In this document: piece after piece, positions 50,169 through 61,468 of the stretch | Layout of the letters: each line of letters starts with the position of its first letter | Numbering within the stretch: the stretch's first letter is position 1 | Assembly (NCBI GenBank): GCA_965285935.1 | Contig: OZ260662.1 | Coordinates: 90,520,001-90,584,000 of the forward strand | Direction: 5' to 3' | Origin: Ophelia neglecta | Lineage: Eukaryota | Length of the DNA stretch: 64,000 nt | Notes under the pieces: model-generated | The model's input: the letters and a program-made list of their open reading frames with translations, nothing else | Database searches by the model: none | What the model was told of the DNA's origin: nothing | Made by a program: the position numbers and the translations under genes

Positions 50169-50345
50169 CTATAATAAAATCGCAAAACCACGTATCACTT
50201 ACTGACTATAATCATTCTTTAATTAAGTGGATTAAAAGAAACTTTTCAGACGATGGATTTTGGTAATAACTCTTCAATTATTCTTCAACAACAACGGTAT
50301 GATACCAAATAATTGTTATATGTATATAAGACGTTTAATTCTCAC

Positions 50346-50427
50346 CTTCTTATGCACACCACCCCAATACATACTATAACGGAGCAAATGATTAAAGCAA
50401 CTCCTACTATGACGACGATCGCCACGC
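50346..50427 (-). CDS. Transmembrane exon (GVAIVVIVGVALIICSVIVCIGVVCIRR)
   Basis: ttttag| acceptor, AG|gtgag donor, 82 nt, phase 1-2; about 25 hydrophobic residues followed by an RR stop-transfer signal. Confidence 0.9.
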
Positions 50428-50632
50428 CTAAAATGATAAAAGTCTAGAGTATATAATACTAAAGATATTTCATGTATATAATATAGGCCTGTCAGATGAA
50501 AACACTATGGTTCAGGTTCCTTTAAATGCATATTAACGAAAGCAGTTGAGAAAAAACTGTATGATTCTTCAGACAGACCAAAACCAATTTATGTGCATAA
50601 AATTATCAGCAATGATTGTGACTTATGATTAC

Positions 50633-50692
50633 CATGAGGAATCGGTCCCGGGCTATCTCCTAATATAGCATCTTTTGTAGCAGCTAGCAAAT
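50633..50692 (-). CDS. 60-nt juxtamembrane stalk exon (HLLAATKDAILGDSPGPIPH)
   Basis: cctttcag| acceptor and G|gtaatc donor, phase 1-1, open in frame between the sushi-like and TM exons; too short for the ORF track. Confidence 0.78.
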
Positions 50693-50949
50693 CTGAAAGG
50701 TCATATAATTTACTTAAATACAAGATTAATGTGCTCCTGCAGGCGATTCACTAGTTATATTAACACATTCTCGGCGGGGCTTTGAAACAACAAAGTGTAG
50801 CGTTTGATTATTGACAAGTCAATGTGAATTATTGCTTCCCGTCTCGGTCAATAAATACAAATCTCCCTACATGGATATGGACCGTGACTAGTGTATAATG
50901 TGTATGGATGGCACGTGACTAGTGTACAATGTGAATGAGAAGCGCTTAC

Positions 50950-51102
50950 GTTGTGTACAGTTGCCGATGACTCCGACCCATTGCCTATCTCGACATGTCA
51001 GATGCCATGTTTGTCGAGTGACCTCGCAGCCGACAGTGGCTTCATCTGCCTTTCTCCGAAACCAAGCGTCCTTAGGAGCTCTCAGATCTGGACATCCCAC
51101 CG
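50950..51102 (-). CDS. Exon encoding a four-Cys sushi/CCP-like module
   Basis: ccttgcag| acceptor, C|gtaagc donor, 153 nt, phase 1-1; AVGCPDLRAPKDAW..VGC..WHLTCRDRQWVGVIGNCT. Confidence 0.88.
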
Positions 51103-51651
51103 CTGCAAGGAAAATTAAAGGTTACACAGTACCCCATTTAATCAAAATAATCATAAATGTAGCTAGATTTTCCGAATGAAATATTCCCGAACATTCATAC
51201 TGTTAACACGAATACTGGAAACACGAATAATTGACTCAAGACATCGGGAATACGCAAATCACGGCTGATTTTTCATTGAAACCCCTTTTGAGTAATTAAA
51301 TATTACTTTATAAAAATAAATCGTTCAATGCAGTTCGATGGTCGTTCTACATTTATATTAATTCCGACGAATTGTCATGGATAGTAGATCTGAAGGATAT
51401 ATGTCGGATATTGCGCACGAAGGTTTCCTGCGCATACAATAATCTATTCTTCCGCTATAGGCGCTTTCAACTGATACGAGACCTGGGGATTGGGTCCGTT
51501 AATACTAAAATCACTGCAGCCTAAGTAGACTATACTTCATAAGTCCAACATGTCTTTCATTCACCGAGCAGATGTGTGGTCTTTAACTAAGCATATATAC
51601 AATTTCAAGGGGTCAGGGGTCAGTATTGGTATGTCTCATGTAATGAAGATT

Positions 51652-52075
51652 ATTGTCGAATAGGGAAACATCAACTAACACAATTTTCGAATAAGTAAGG
51701 AATGCAGAACAGGGAAACAAGAAGTACCTTGTCTCGAATAGGCAAGGAATGTCAAATAAGGAAACCGAAAGGACCTTGATTTTAATAAGTCATGAATAAA
51801 TAAGTTAATATGTCGAATATGGCCAAAAGGAACTTGCTAGATCTCAAAAAGAAAGGGATATCGAATAGGGAAACAGAAACCAAGTTGACTCGAATAAGTA
51901 AGTACAGCCGAACAAGGCTACAGGAACCAATTCGGTACCAATAAATACAAATTGTCGAATAAAGACACATGAAGTCGCTTCCTCCTATTAAGAAATGAAC
52001 GTCGAACAGGGACACAGGAACCAATTTGCATCGAATATTTAAGTAGTGTCGAATGAAAAAAGAGGAACAAATTTG
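51652..52075. repeat. Degenerate intronic minisatellite, unit about 45 bp (tgtcgaatagggaaacaggaaccaatttgactcgaataagtaagga-like)
   Basis: (t/g)cgaatagggaaaca and tcgaataagta cores alternate about nine times. Confidence 0.8.
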
Positions 52076-52410
52076 GGGCTGCCAACCCGTGGCTGCCAAC
52101 CACAACCCCGACTTTCACCATTCTTTCAGCACTCTTATAGCTCGCCTGTATTTGAGGTTGTTTGCACTGAACGTTAATTATATTCGTTGGCATGTCAATG
52201 TGATTAAATATTAGACAGGTGGTTTTGTCATTGTTATTCCACCTGTGGGATTAGATAAGCTTGGCATATTTCATTGTTCTTCATAGCTTAAATAACAAAC
52301 CTAAAATAAAAATAATCAACAATAATCATTTTTAATTTATGTCCGAAATATCACAAACAAGGCAAATTGTGAGGTCTACAATTTGCTAAAGTCTACTAAA
52401 AAAGCCTCAC

Positions 52411-52800
52411 CTTCAAAACGGAGAAGGAAGTTGTGCTGTTCTTGTGCTGTGTTGACGAAATGAACCCTATGCCCGGAAGTGAGATTGATATGTTGCTCCC
52501 GCTTTCGCTGCCCACAGATTGTGATGTTTTTTCGCTCGTTCTTCTCAAACAAATAGCCGTATTGTATGCATTTTGGTCTATTGACTAATGACCTAGTCCC
52601 TTCTTCCGTCCGACCGGAGTCCCAGGAGAAGTCGATTAAGGTAAGATTAAGGCGTTGACCTCCCTGTGCCTCCAGAACCCACGGGTTGTTTGGTCGTCCA
52701 CACCCGTGTACGGAGGAGCCGGTACTGGCAAGGTGCTCGGAGCTGGCCGATATCTGACTGGTCGTGGACGCCCGACAGGTACTCTGGTCGTTGTTCACCA
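52411..52800 (-). CDS. Exon encoding a CUB-like domain
   Basis: tttttag| acceptor, G|gtgagg donor, 390 nt, phase 1-1. HLAS..GCG..PWVLEAQGGQRLNLTLIDF..C..YGYLFE..NITICG..FLLRFE is CUB-like (W-x-L/I-x-A-x-x-G-Q-R-x-x-L-x-x-x-D-F). Confidence 0.9.
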
Positions 52801-53474
52801 CTAAAAAATATAAGTTTAAAATAGTATGATTTGTCGATGCCTCGTGAATGAAGGAAACTATAATCTACCCAGACAAATTAATAAAACTATAGGACTATCC
52901 CCCAAAATAGCAGTCTTAGTGCTCTCATGGAATCGTTTTTTTTTTACTTGCACTGTCGTTTTTGCGATAATGTCGACGGTGTTTTTGACAGCTCGAAATT
53001 GCTACTGTCACAGGAACATTTTATAAAGCCGTGGGCTCACCATATTGCTACTAGTAGGCTTATATTATGACAAGTTTTCTTTAACGTGATTTGAATATTT
53101 GTGATACGTGATATTAATTGTTCTGTACTTGCGATGGGCTATTTAAGGGAACTCTCGTCTAGTAATCTGAGGGTTTTAATAAATAAGTAATTAATAACTC
53201 GTTGATTCAGTTCCCATAAACACACGCATGAAAGAGAATTGAAACGCCCCATTCATCCTGTCATGTTAACCGAGTACGATAGGCAGGCTTGAAGCAAAAG
53301 ACCGAGCCCGCGGGTGACAGGTAAACAAATACGCATTTATAAACTACCTACCTTAAACATAAAATAGCAAAGCATGCGCCTTATTGACGTCCACCAATGA
53401 TGTCCAAAGACAAAGATATATTGGTATAAACACAGGTACGCTAGGCGCTGGTCCGCTACTACCTACTATAACTA

Positions 53475-53638
53475 CAGTGAAACCTGCCTTAAAGACCACC
53501 TCTATAATCAGACCACCCACCAATATGATGATGTTGCTTATACTTTCAATGTTGAATAGCCTGTCTAAATATACCATCTCCAAAATCAGACTCGTGTTCT
53601 CCAGTCCCTTTGGTGGTCTTTATTTACAGGTTTCAGTT
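53475..53638. mobile_element. Tc1/mariner-type MITE, copy 2 (internally shorter)
   Basis: TA|CAGTGAAACCTGCCTTAAAGACCACCTC ... GGTGGTCTTTATTTACAGGTTTCAGT; left end identical to copy 1. Confidence 0.85.
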
Positions 53639-53985
53639 ATAGTAGGTAGTAGTGGGCACGGGCCTCGCGCACCTGTGATTGTAAGCAGCATGATTGATTA
53701 AACTAGATTAAATATCGACATTTATCGATATTTTTTAATGTAATTTTCTTAGGCATGACTCAATTTTGAAGATTGCAAAACTGTATTGCATGTTTCTGAA
53801 TTAAACTGTACCAATTGGGTTCTTCAATGGTTGATGTAGCGTGTACGAGCCTCAGATCAATCAAAAGAGTCATATCAACCTAGATTCATGTTCATTGTTC
53901 AGAGCCGTTATTTGTTTCCGGTGATATTTTGAAATTTGCCTATGGAATTACGTCAATCAGTAGATTTACATACAATTTAATGCAG

Positions 53986-54061
53986 CCAGTTCTGTTTATA
54001 CTTTACTATAAGGCAACCAGTTCTGTTTATACTTAACTATAAGGCAACCAGTTCTGTTTAT
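53986..54061. repeat. 31-bp tandem repeat, about 2.4 copies
   Basis: ccagttctgtttatactt(t/a)actataaggcaa repeated. Confidence 0.9.
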
Positions 54062-57036
54062 TTAAGCCATTTTTATATACTGTAAAATGGCTGTGCCAAG
54101 AGTAATATTTACTTTTATTACGTTTCCTATCAGTATATAATGCTGACGCAGGCATTAAGCAAATATAAATTTGTTCGATCGGACCCAAATTACATTGAGT
54201 ATCCATTTAGGGAGGGTCGCAGACTTTTTGTCAATCAAACCGGGGTGAAAGGCCAGATGAGAGTGATAATTTTCATATTTAATTCAACCAATGTACAATA
54301 AATATTCCTTGAGGTCTCTAAATTGCGGAGTAAGCATATCATGCAAGCAACCCAAGTATTTCCATGAATAGATATTGATGCGGTGTCCAAGATGTGATAC
54401 ACGGTTCTCCTAGCGCGCATGCGCACCTGGTATCCTGTGCATTTTTCTTGAGAAAAAAATTGTTTTGGATTATCTAACGCTGAACGAATACATGAAAGTC
54501 TATCAATTTTTTCTATTTCTCCACAGTAACTCACGACATATCAAAATTAGCTAGGCCCAGAGGCAACAACGTACGGACATAGTGAATTCCAAACCAAATA
54601 GACTGCCATCTGTTTCGCTATGCGGCCTTAAAGTCCGGAGGAAAATGTGAAGTTGCGCATGTAGTAAACGCACTTCTTCATATCTAACACTCACAGTATA
54701 CACTAATACTTGTACATGTACATGTATTACATATTGTAGTAGTCGGCCCAGGAACAATTGTGTAGGAATCTTAAAGGTTATTTGCGCACATTTTGGGTTT
54801 CGTCGGAGCTCTTATGTGGCACATAACTGCCTTGCCAGAGGGCCGCCGCTTAAAAGACGCTCATCTAGAAAAAGGTCGGTTGGCCCCATCTTTTACCCCC
54901 CCCCCCTCCCCCCCGACCTCCACACGCACATACAGACACACGCTGGTTAATATGACGCCTAAATAAAGCTTTGTTTGCCAAATACCCCCCCCCCCCTTCC
55001 CCCGCATGCGGTTGTCTAACTGAATGGCGATCCCTTACAATGTTACAAAACAAATGGGGACATAAGTCTACAAAATGTTTTCCTAATCCCAAACAAGGTG
55101 TAATTACATGTCCGAAGCAGTTCATATGTCAGGAACAGGTTTTGTTCATTGGTAAGAAGCCTGGTGAAACCCTATGATCCGGCATCTGTCTTGTATATAA
55201 AGACATACAGTAGGTCTACGTAGCATACACATATGGGGTATTGCCCTAGCTTTTGAATCTCTGGAAACAGTCTCTCTGTTTTTATTCATGCTGCCGTGTG
55301 CAGGAAGTGTTCATTTATACATGTACTTTGAAAAGAAACGCGAGACCGTACTTGTTTTTGTGAACGTTAGTATTTTAGTACAATGTCAATACGACAGAGA
55401 ACCATGACTTCTCCCTCAAGGTCAAGGCATGTGGATTTCACGATGAATCTCGTACATGTGTCACGATTTTCCTTTCTTTCTTTCCCATTTTACTGGCCTG
55501 CTATAAATTTTGATCTGACTTATCGACCTCCCGAGGGACGCGAGTCATCAGAGGCAAACATCAGACTCAGCTCCAGATTGATATCTACGCCCTCTGTTGG
55601 GGAAATATGTCCAAATTAAGCGATGTTTGCGAATAATCAGCTCCTCAAATGGAGAGCACATCAGGTGACATGAAGTCAATTTCATCTATTTAAAACGCCA
55701 ATGAAACCTTGCTAATTGTGTTAGACCCTTTAGCCCACAAGAGGACCCATGGTTTCCAGAGGACGCGGGGCTGATTTCCCTCGAGCAGTCTTATTCGATT
55801 TGATCCGAGATCTCCCTGGCATGTCCCTTCCCCACCGCCTGCACCGCTCAAACAACTGTCGCATTCATTTTTCAGACAAACACATTGCTCCGAAATTGAG
55901 TTCAGTGATTCCCGAACTCGATTAATCACCGGGCCTTAAGTTGATAGACTACTGTAAGGCTCCTGCATAATTGAAGCCGAACAAGTTCAGTAAAATTAAT
56001 TGGCCTGCCAAGTCGTGGCCTTTGGCGGCGTAGTATTCTTTGTGAGTGGGTTGTAAGCCTTATGCGCAGTACGTGAACAAAAAAAGGCAACAGTCGCGAG
56101 AAATCCTCCAGATTTTGGCGACAAAGGCTGACCTTTATTGAGGTCACTGTACCTGCTACTCATCAAATGTGCCATTGAAATTTGCCTTTATTGCTCTTCT
56201 TTAAAAATCAACTGAACAGAATACCACATCGACAGGAATAACGTTAGTCTGGTAACCGTTGATGAAAAGACTGCAAAAGCTCAATTTGAATAGTTCTTAT
56301 AGACTTAAAGTCTCTCACTGACCCAGCTGCATGTGATAACAAACTGATAATGGTGTAAGAGACGCTATGAGGAATTTCTGCTTCAGTCGAGTTTCTCGCT
56401 AAAAACAATGTTATACGAGTAATGATGAGATTCAGGTGACCGTCAAAATTAGTTCTAGAAGTCCTATATATGACTTATTAATGCAGACGACGTGTTGGGA
56501 ACGCACTGTTGTTTGACGCAGAAACGCTTGGCCTATTTTACTGTTTTGGCTCATGTTCTAAGTAATATAGAAAGGCCATGCACTGCTAATTAATAGTATT
56601 ACATTATAAATTCCCAACAATGTGTTGTTGTTTCAGCCAGCCATTAATGAATCAAGGGGAGGTCATTTTTTGACCCCGGGGGGGGGGGGGGGTTCTAGTC
56701 CTTTATGCAATACTTTACTTCCGGCAAACACTCAGCTTCCTCACATTTCCCCGTGTAATGGCTGATACAGATATGCCATTGTTGTATTTGTTCATTGAAT
56801 TACCTTTACAAGGCTATATATATTAGATTCGGAATGTCATATAATATATATTATCTTTATCGATATTTAATTGCTGGTTGATTATTCAATGAAATGGTAC
56901 TTCCTTAGTACTTCAATAACTAAAAATGCGCATAGGCCTATATATGATGTTTTTGCATGACAACAACGTTTAGGTGTGTATCGCGTATGTATTGGCCTAC
57001 TGGAAAAACACTAACTGCACATATTATAGAACCTAC

Positions 57037-57324
57037 CTCGTATACATGTAAAACTCGTCTCCAGGTAAATTTTTAATTCTTTGTAGCACGGTTTGGTTTT
57101 GTCCAGGCCTGGGTCTGGGACTCGTATTTCACATTCCTGTTTTCCGGAGCAGCGTCTGTCAAGAAGGTCAAGGACATTGGCTTTGCATCCTAGGTAACCA
57201 AGACTGGCCTCAACGCATTTGCCAATGGCCATTCGTCCATAGAAGGCGCTCTGCATCACCACCACCTCGTTACGCCAACACTTGGCGCTGAAAGTCTGAG
57301 ACTCGCAGTATTCCTGAGGCTTGT
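57037..57324 (-). CDS. Exon encoding a SUEL/rhamnose-galactose-binding lectin (Gal_Lectin)-like domain of a type I membrane receptor
   Basis: ttccag| acceptor, G|gtaggt donor, 288 nt, phase 1-1. EYCESQTFSAKC..VVVMQSAFYGRMAIGKC..GCKANVLDLLDRRCSGKQEC..PC..KIYLETSFTC shows the 8-Cys SUEL pattern with A-x-Y-G-R, C-x-G-K-x-x-C and YL-x-x-x-x-x-C motifs. Confidence 0.93.
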
Positions 57325-60300
57325 CTGGAATCAAATAAAGTCGAAATTAATAAAACCATTTTTTTACTGTTTCCAGGCGACGTATTTTTCTGGGTGTCCA
57401 TGGTTTCCCTGAAATAGGAGGGCCTCTTCATCTCGCTGGAAATCAGATTTTACTGGATGCATTCGCGCCGCCATTTATCGCTAAGGTCGATTTTTAACAT
57501 TTTTAACAGTTCAAGCTCGTGTCTCGACACAATAAAAATGGCCTTCTCGCCACCTCCCTCGATTTTAACCCCTACACACTTACATAATAGATTGCAGGCT
57601 ATTCTCCCAATAGACCGTTATCACTTTAATGGCTAGAAAACTGAAATCAAACAAATAACATTTTTGATTAAATACAGCTAACTTTTAATGACGTATTTAT
57701 CATCTCAGCCACTCCTAAGGCGTAACATAAAAATATAGGGATGAAATTTAATAATCTGTGCTGGTAGGAAAGCAGATAGCGACAAAGTGGCGGCTGTAAG
57801 AATTGACAAGTCATACAAGACGATCGATCATGGTAAAGCGATCTGTTTTCATTTGGCCAAATACTCGACTTCCGATCTAATATTTGCCTCGCGCAGATGT
57901 CTTTGAAAGGAATAATATTCCTCGGTTATTCCTCATTCGTCTTTTAAATCAGATCAGAAGGGGATTTATTCTAGGCGTCCCCGACGATTAATCGTGTAAT
58001 AACACAGCGCCGAGGACATCTTGCCTATTGCCCCCGCCCATGGTAACAGACAGCCGGTCTCAGAACTGATACCGAGACCCGTCTATAGCTTTAAATACTA
58101 TGGCGAGTAATGGAAGTGCCAGACACTAATAATGGGCACCATAGAAAGCAATTGATTAAAGATACGTCCCATCAGACCACCGTAATCTTAATGCTGGGGA
58201 ATTAGAGACCAAGTACAGCATTAGAGTCGCTATTGCAAGATAATTATGATTCATAATCGCATTAGAAGATGGAGGTTGGGCGATATAAGGGGTAATGTAG
58301 GAGCCACGCCACACGTAATTACATCAGGAATGATGCACTTTGCCGAGCGCAGGCTTTCAGGCCGATTTAATCCTTACAATTAGGAGCAGCAGGCTGTTTT
58401 GCCGCCACAAATTCCGTGCTACTAGGTCCTCTTGGGGAAGGGGGAAGCTTCGCAGGCCTCCAAAATTGCCACCCATCTCCTCCAGGGGATCAACGAGAAC
58501 CATTATACACAACCTTCGAGCGTTTTTATGAAAATTTAAGAGACTCATTGGGACTGGCTGTATCCACAGGCAACTCCCACGGCAACGTTTTGATTAAACT
58601 AGAAATAAAATATGATTAGTCGAGATAGGCGTCTCGGGACATGTGCGGGACCTTCACTGTATTAATTAACTGAGTGGTGCTCGCTGCAAAAACACCTTAT
58701 TGATCAATTTTGTCACTTTTCTCTCTCATTTGGCTGTCTTTCTGGGAAGCTTTTACCGACACAAAGGCGTATTTTACGGCCGGTTGGGCCCTTTCCCTTG
58801 ATGAATTGATCCGCCATATCAAAACATTCTTGGATTATTGAGCACCGATCCCGCAATGTTGTGTTATTGAATTAGCTGGATTTTTATCAGATAGTGGTAA
58901 AATCCAGCCCGACTGATGAGAGTCCTGGGAAATTAAGGCTTCCGGCTTTTATTGATGTTCAGATTGCTTTAAAACACAAGCCACATAGTAGCGTCCCATA
59001 GGCACGAACAGGGCGATGGCCACTTGCATGCTCCCAAATATTCAGCAACATTTAGGCTGACTTGAAAACGAGGCGATATAAAGAAAATTCAGATAGGCTT
59101 ACAAAGGGAATCACGACGATATTGCAAATTCTCAAAACATCCATTACATTTATAAATCTGGACATTATTAATGTCTGTAATATCACGATCTTGCTGACAT
59201 CTGAGTGCCATGAGATGTTAACCAATGAAGCTGTGGCTTCAAAACAGTGGACAGTTAAATGTATGGGTCATGTACATTTTAATAGACTCTAGTAAATGCA
59301 CGTTACCAATCGGAATTTAACGCTTAGTACATTTTGAGATAAATGCCTCAAAGTACAGATCGATTCTCACCAGAAAGATACGATCTTTAAGCTAAGAAAG
59401 ACTAACGACTATGTGATTCACGCAACAGTCGGAGGATAATATTGGCTGTCGATTGGCAGTAAAACTATTAGTATGATAACTACCTAAAAGACACCCACCC
59501 GTGAATAGATGCTACGGTTACAGCAAGGAACGAAAAATATCTACACATTATTCCATAAGAAATCTAATCTGTGGGCTTTATTAACTGATAAGATTAAGGC
59601 AAATTTTGCCGGGTACTTTGCTCTTTAAGCCCAATGTCGCAGCACGCATTAAGAGATATTTTGAAATATGCTTCTATATAAGTGTATTTGCAAAAGCAAT
59701 TTTTGTATGTGAGCGCCATCTGACAGGAAATAAAAAACCGTGTGGCATGCTGGGATACATTGTTAGGCAAGATAATCAGACCGGCGTTATTTCCTGCAGC
59801 CACTATTTTGGCTCTGTATTTCCCCGCGAAATAACCTGTGTACAAAGGGCACACCTGCATGGTCAAGCCCGATATTAAACAATTATACACAATGTACTCG
59901 ATACAAGGACTTCCATAAACTAATAAAAGAGCATGTTCCAAGTGAAGTCGTGACTGAAGAAAGAGTCCCCTTGACTTTCGTAAGGGCCGACTAACCTAGA
60001 ATGTTAAGTCACACAAATACAATCAATTCAACTGTGTTTTGTGAAAATTCCTTTAAAAACTTACTAGGTTTACATTAGGTAGCATGTTTGTAATTTTCCT
60101 CAGAATTTAAAATGTACATAAACATGCTCGTTTATCCCCCCTCCGCACCCCCCCCCCCACCCCCACCCCAACCTCCGCATGTGTCCGCATTTATACTGTT
60201 ACATTATACAAAACCACCGTCTTAAAACTGTATCTAATAATAATAGTTAAATCGTTAGATTATGGCTTTACCGATATAATCATTCAATAATAATTTTCAT

Positions 60301-61280
60301 ACTCAAATTTGATGCTTTCGGTAATCGAGGCGAACAAATATGACACTATATTCACACTATGGTTGAACATCAACAATGACCTAAGCATATCACACGTGAC
60401 CAGCTGTTTCACATATCGCCTTCCATAGGCCAACACCTGTAATATCTAAATGACACCAACGAAAACAAGTATTTGGTCACATCCGCGTTTGATGAATATG
60501 CCGAATTAACAAAACCTATCAGTTACTTATCTAATTGTATAATCTGAAACTTCAATTTAATCATGTCTTAATCATAAGATTTTCAGAACGCGTGTGTTTT
60601 TGTCTTTAATGAAGTTATCTGGAGACCTTTGTCATAACACTTGTCCAATTCAGAAAAAATAACCAAGAGAATATGAAGATACTATTTATTAACAATAAAA
60701 TAACAATAGCACCAGAGACAAGGTCAAATTTCTACTCTTATTCGTTTTTATGCACCGCTCTTCCCATTTTGAGCAATTTTTTTCAGTAATTTAACGCTGC
60801 GGATCAGGTGTGTCACGGGAAAATTCAATAAAGCCAATTCCCGGTATAAAACAAGGGGCAGTTTTGTGTAAGTTATACGATGAATGCTTGCCACGTTTCC
60901 ACCATTGGACATGTTATCGGATTAAATAGCCTTTCGAGGTTCATAACACGCCACGCGGTCTAGCTCGCAATGACACAGAACACTGGCTCATGCCTGAAAC
61001 TTAATACATCTCGCATAAATAATTAAAACCGGGTTTATTGGAGAGCCACGCCCTGCGGCTAACATGGACGACCCCTGACTTTATCAATATAGGGATGAAG
61101 GATGGCTTGACCGCGGGACAATGGCAATTGTCGGCTCTTGCTATTTTAAAGGCCCACCCCTTCTGGTCTTTTCTTGGTACGGTTTTACTAAATTTGGTTG
61201 TGACTGCCAGGTATCCAATCAAGTTCTCAATAACCAAACGGTCAAATGGAAAAATAACATCAGGGTATATTATCTAATTT

Positions 61281-61468
61281 CAGTGGACTCTGCCTTAAAG
61301 ACCACCTCTATTTTCTAACGTCAGGTCAAGCAGACTACACATAAATGTCATGACGACCATACTGTATAATTTAAATGTAAAATACACTGTCGATAGAGAC
61401 CACCTTTATTCCGAACCAGACCAGCATTTTCCACTGCCTTGGATGGTCTCAATACACGGGGTCCACTG
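61281..61468. mobile_element. Tc1/mariner-type MITE, copy 3 (subfamily variant)
   Basis: CAGTGGACTCTGCCTTAAAGACCACCTC ... GATGGTCTCAATACACGGGGTCCACTG|TA. Confidence 0.8.

Noticed and set aside
51652-52075. Repeat-spacer-like pattern as a CRISPR array
   Set aside because: Units are degenerate along their whole length with no identical repeats or unique spacers, there are no cas genes, and it lies in a eukaryotic intron; it is a minisatellite.
54771-55100. TTAA-AGG start suggesting a Kolobok-type element (similar starts at 5416, 26222, 36018)
   Set aside because: I could not find matching inverted partner ends.
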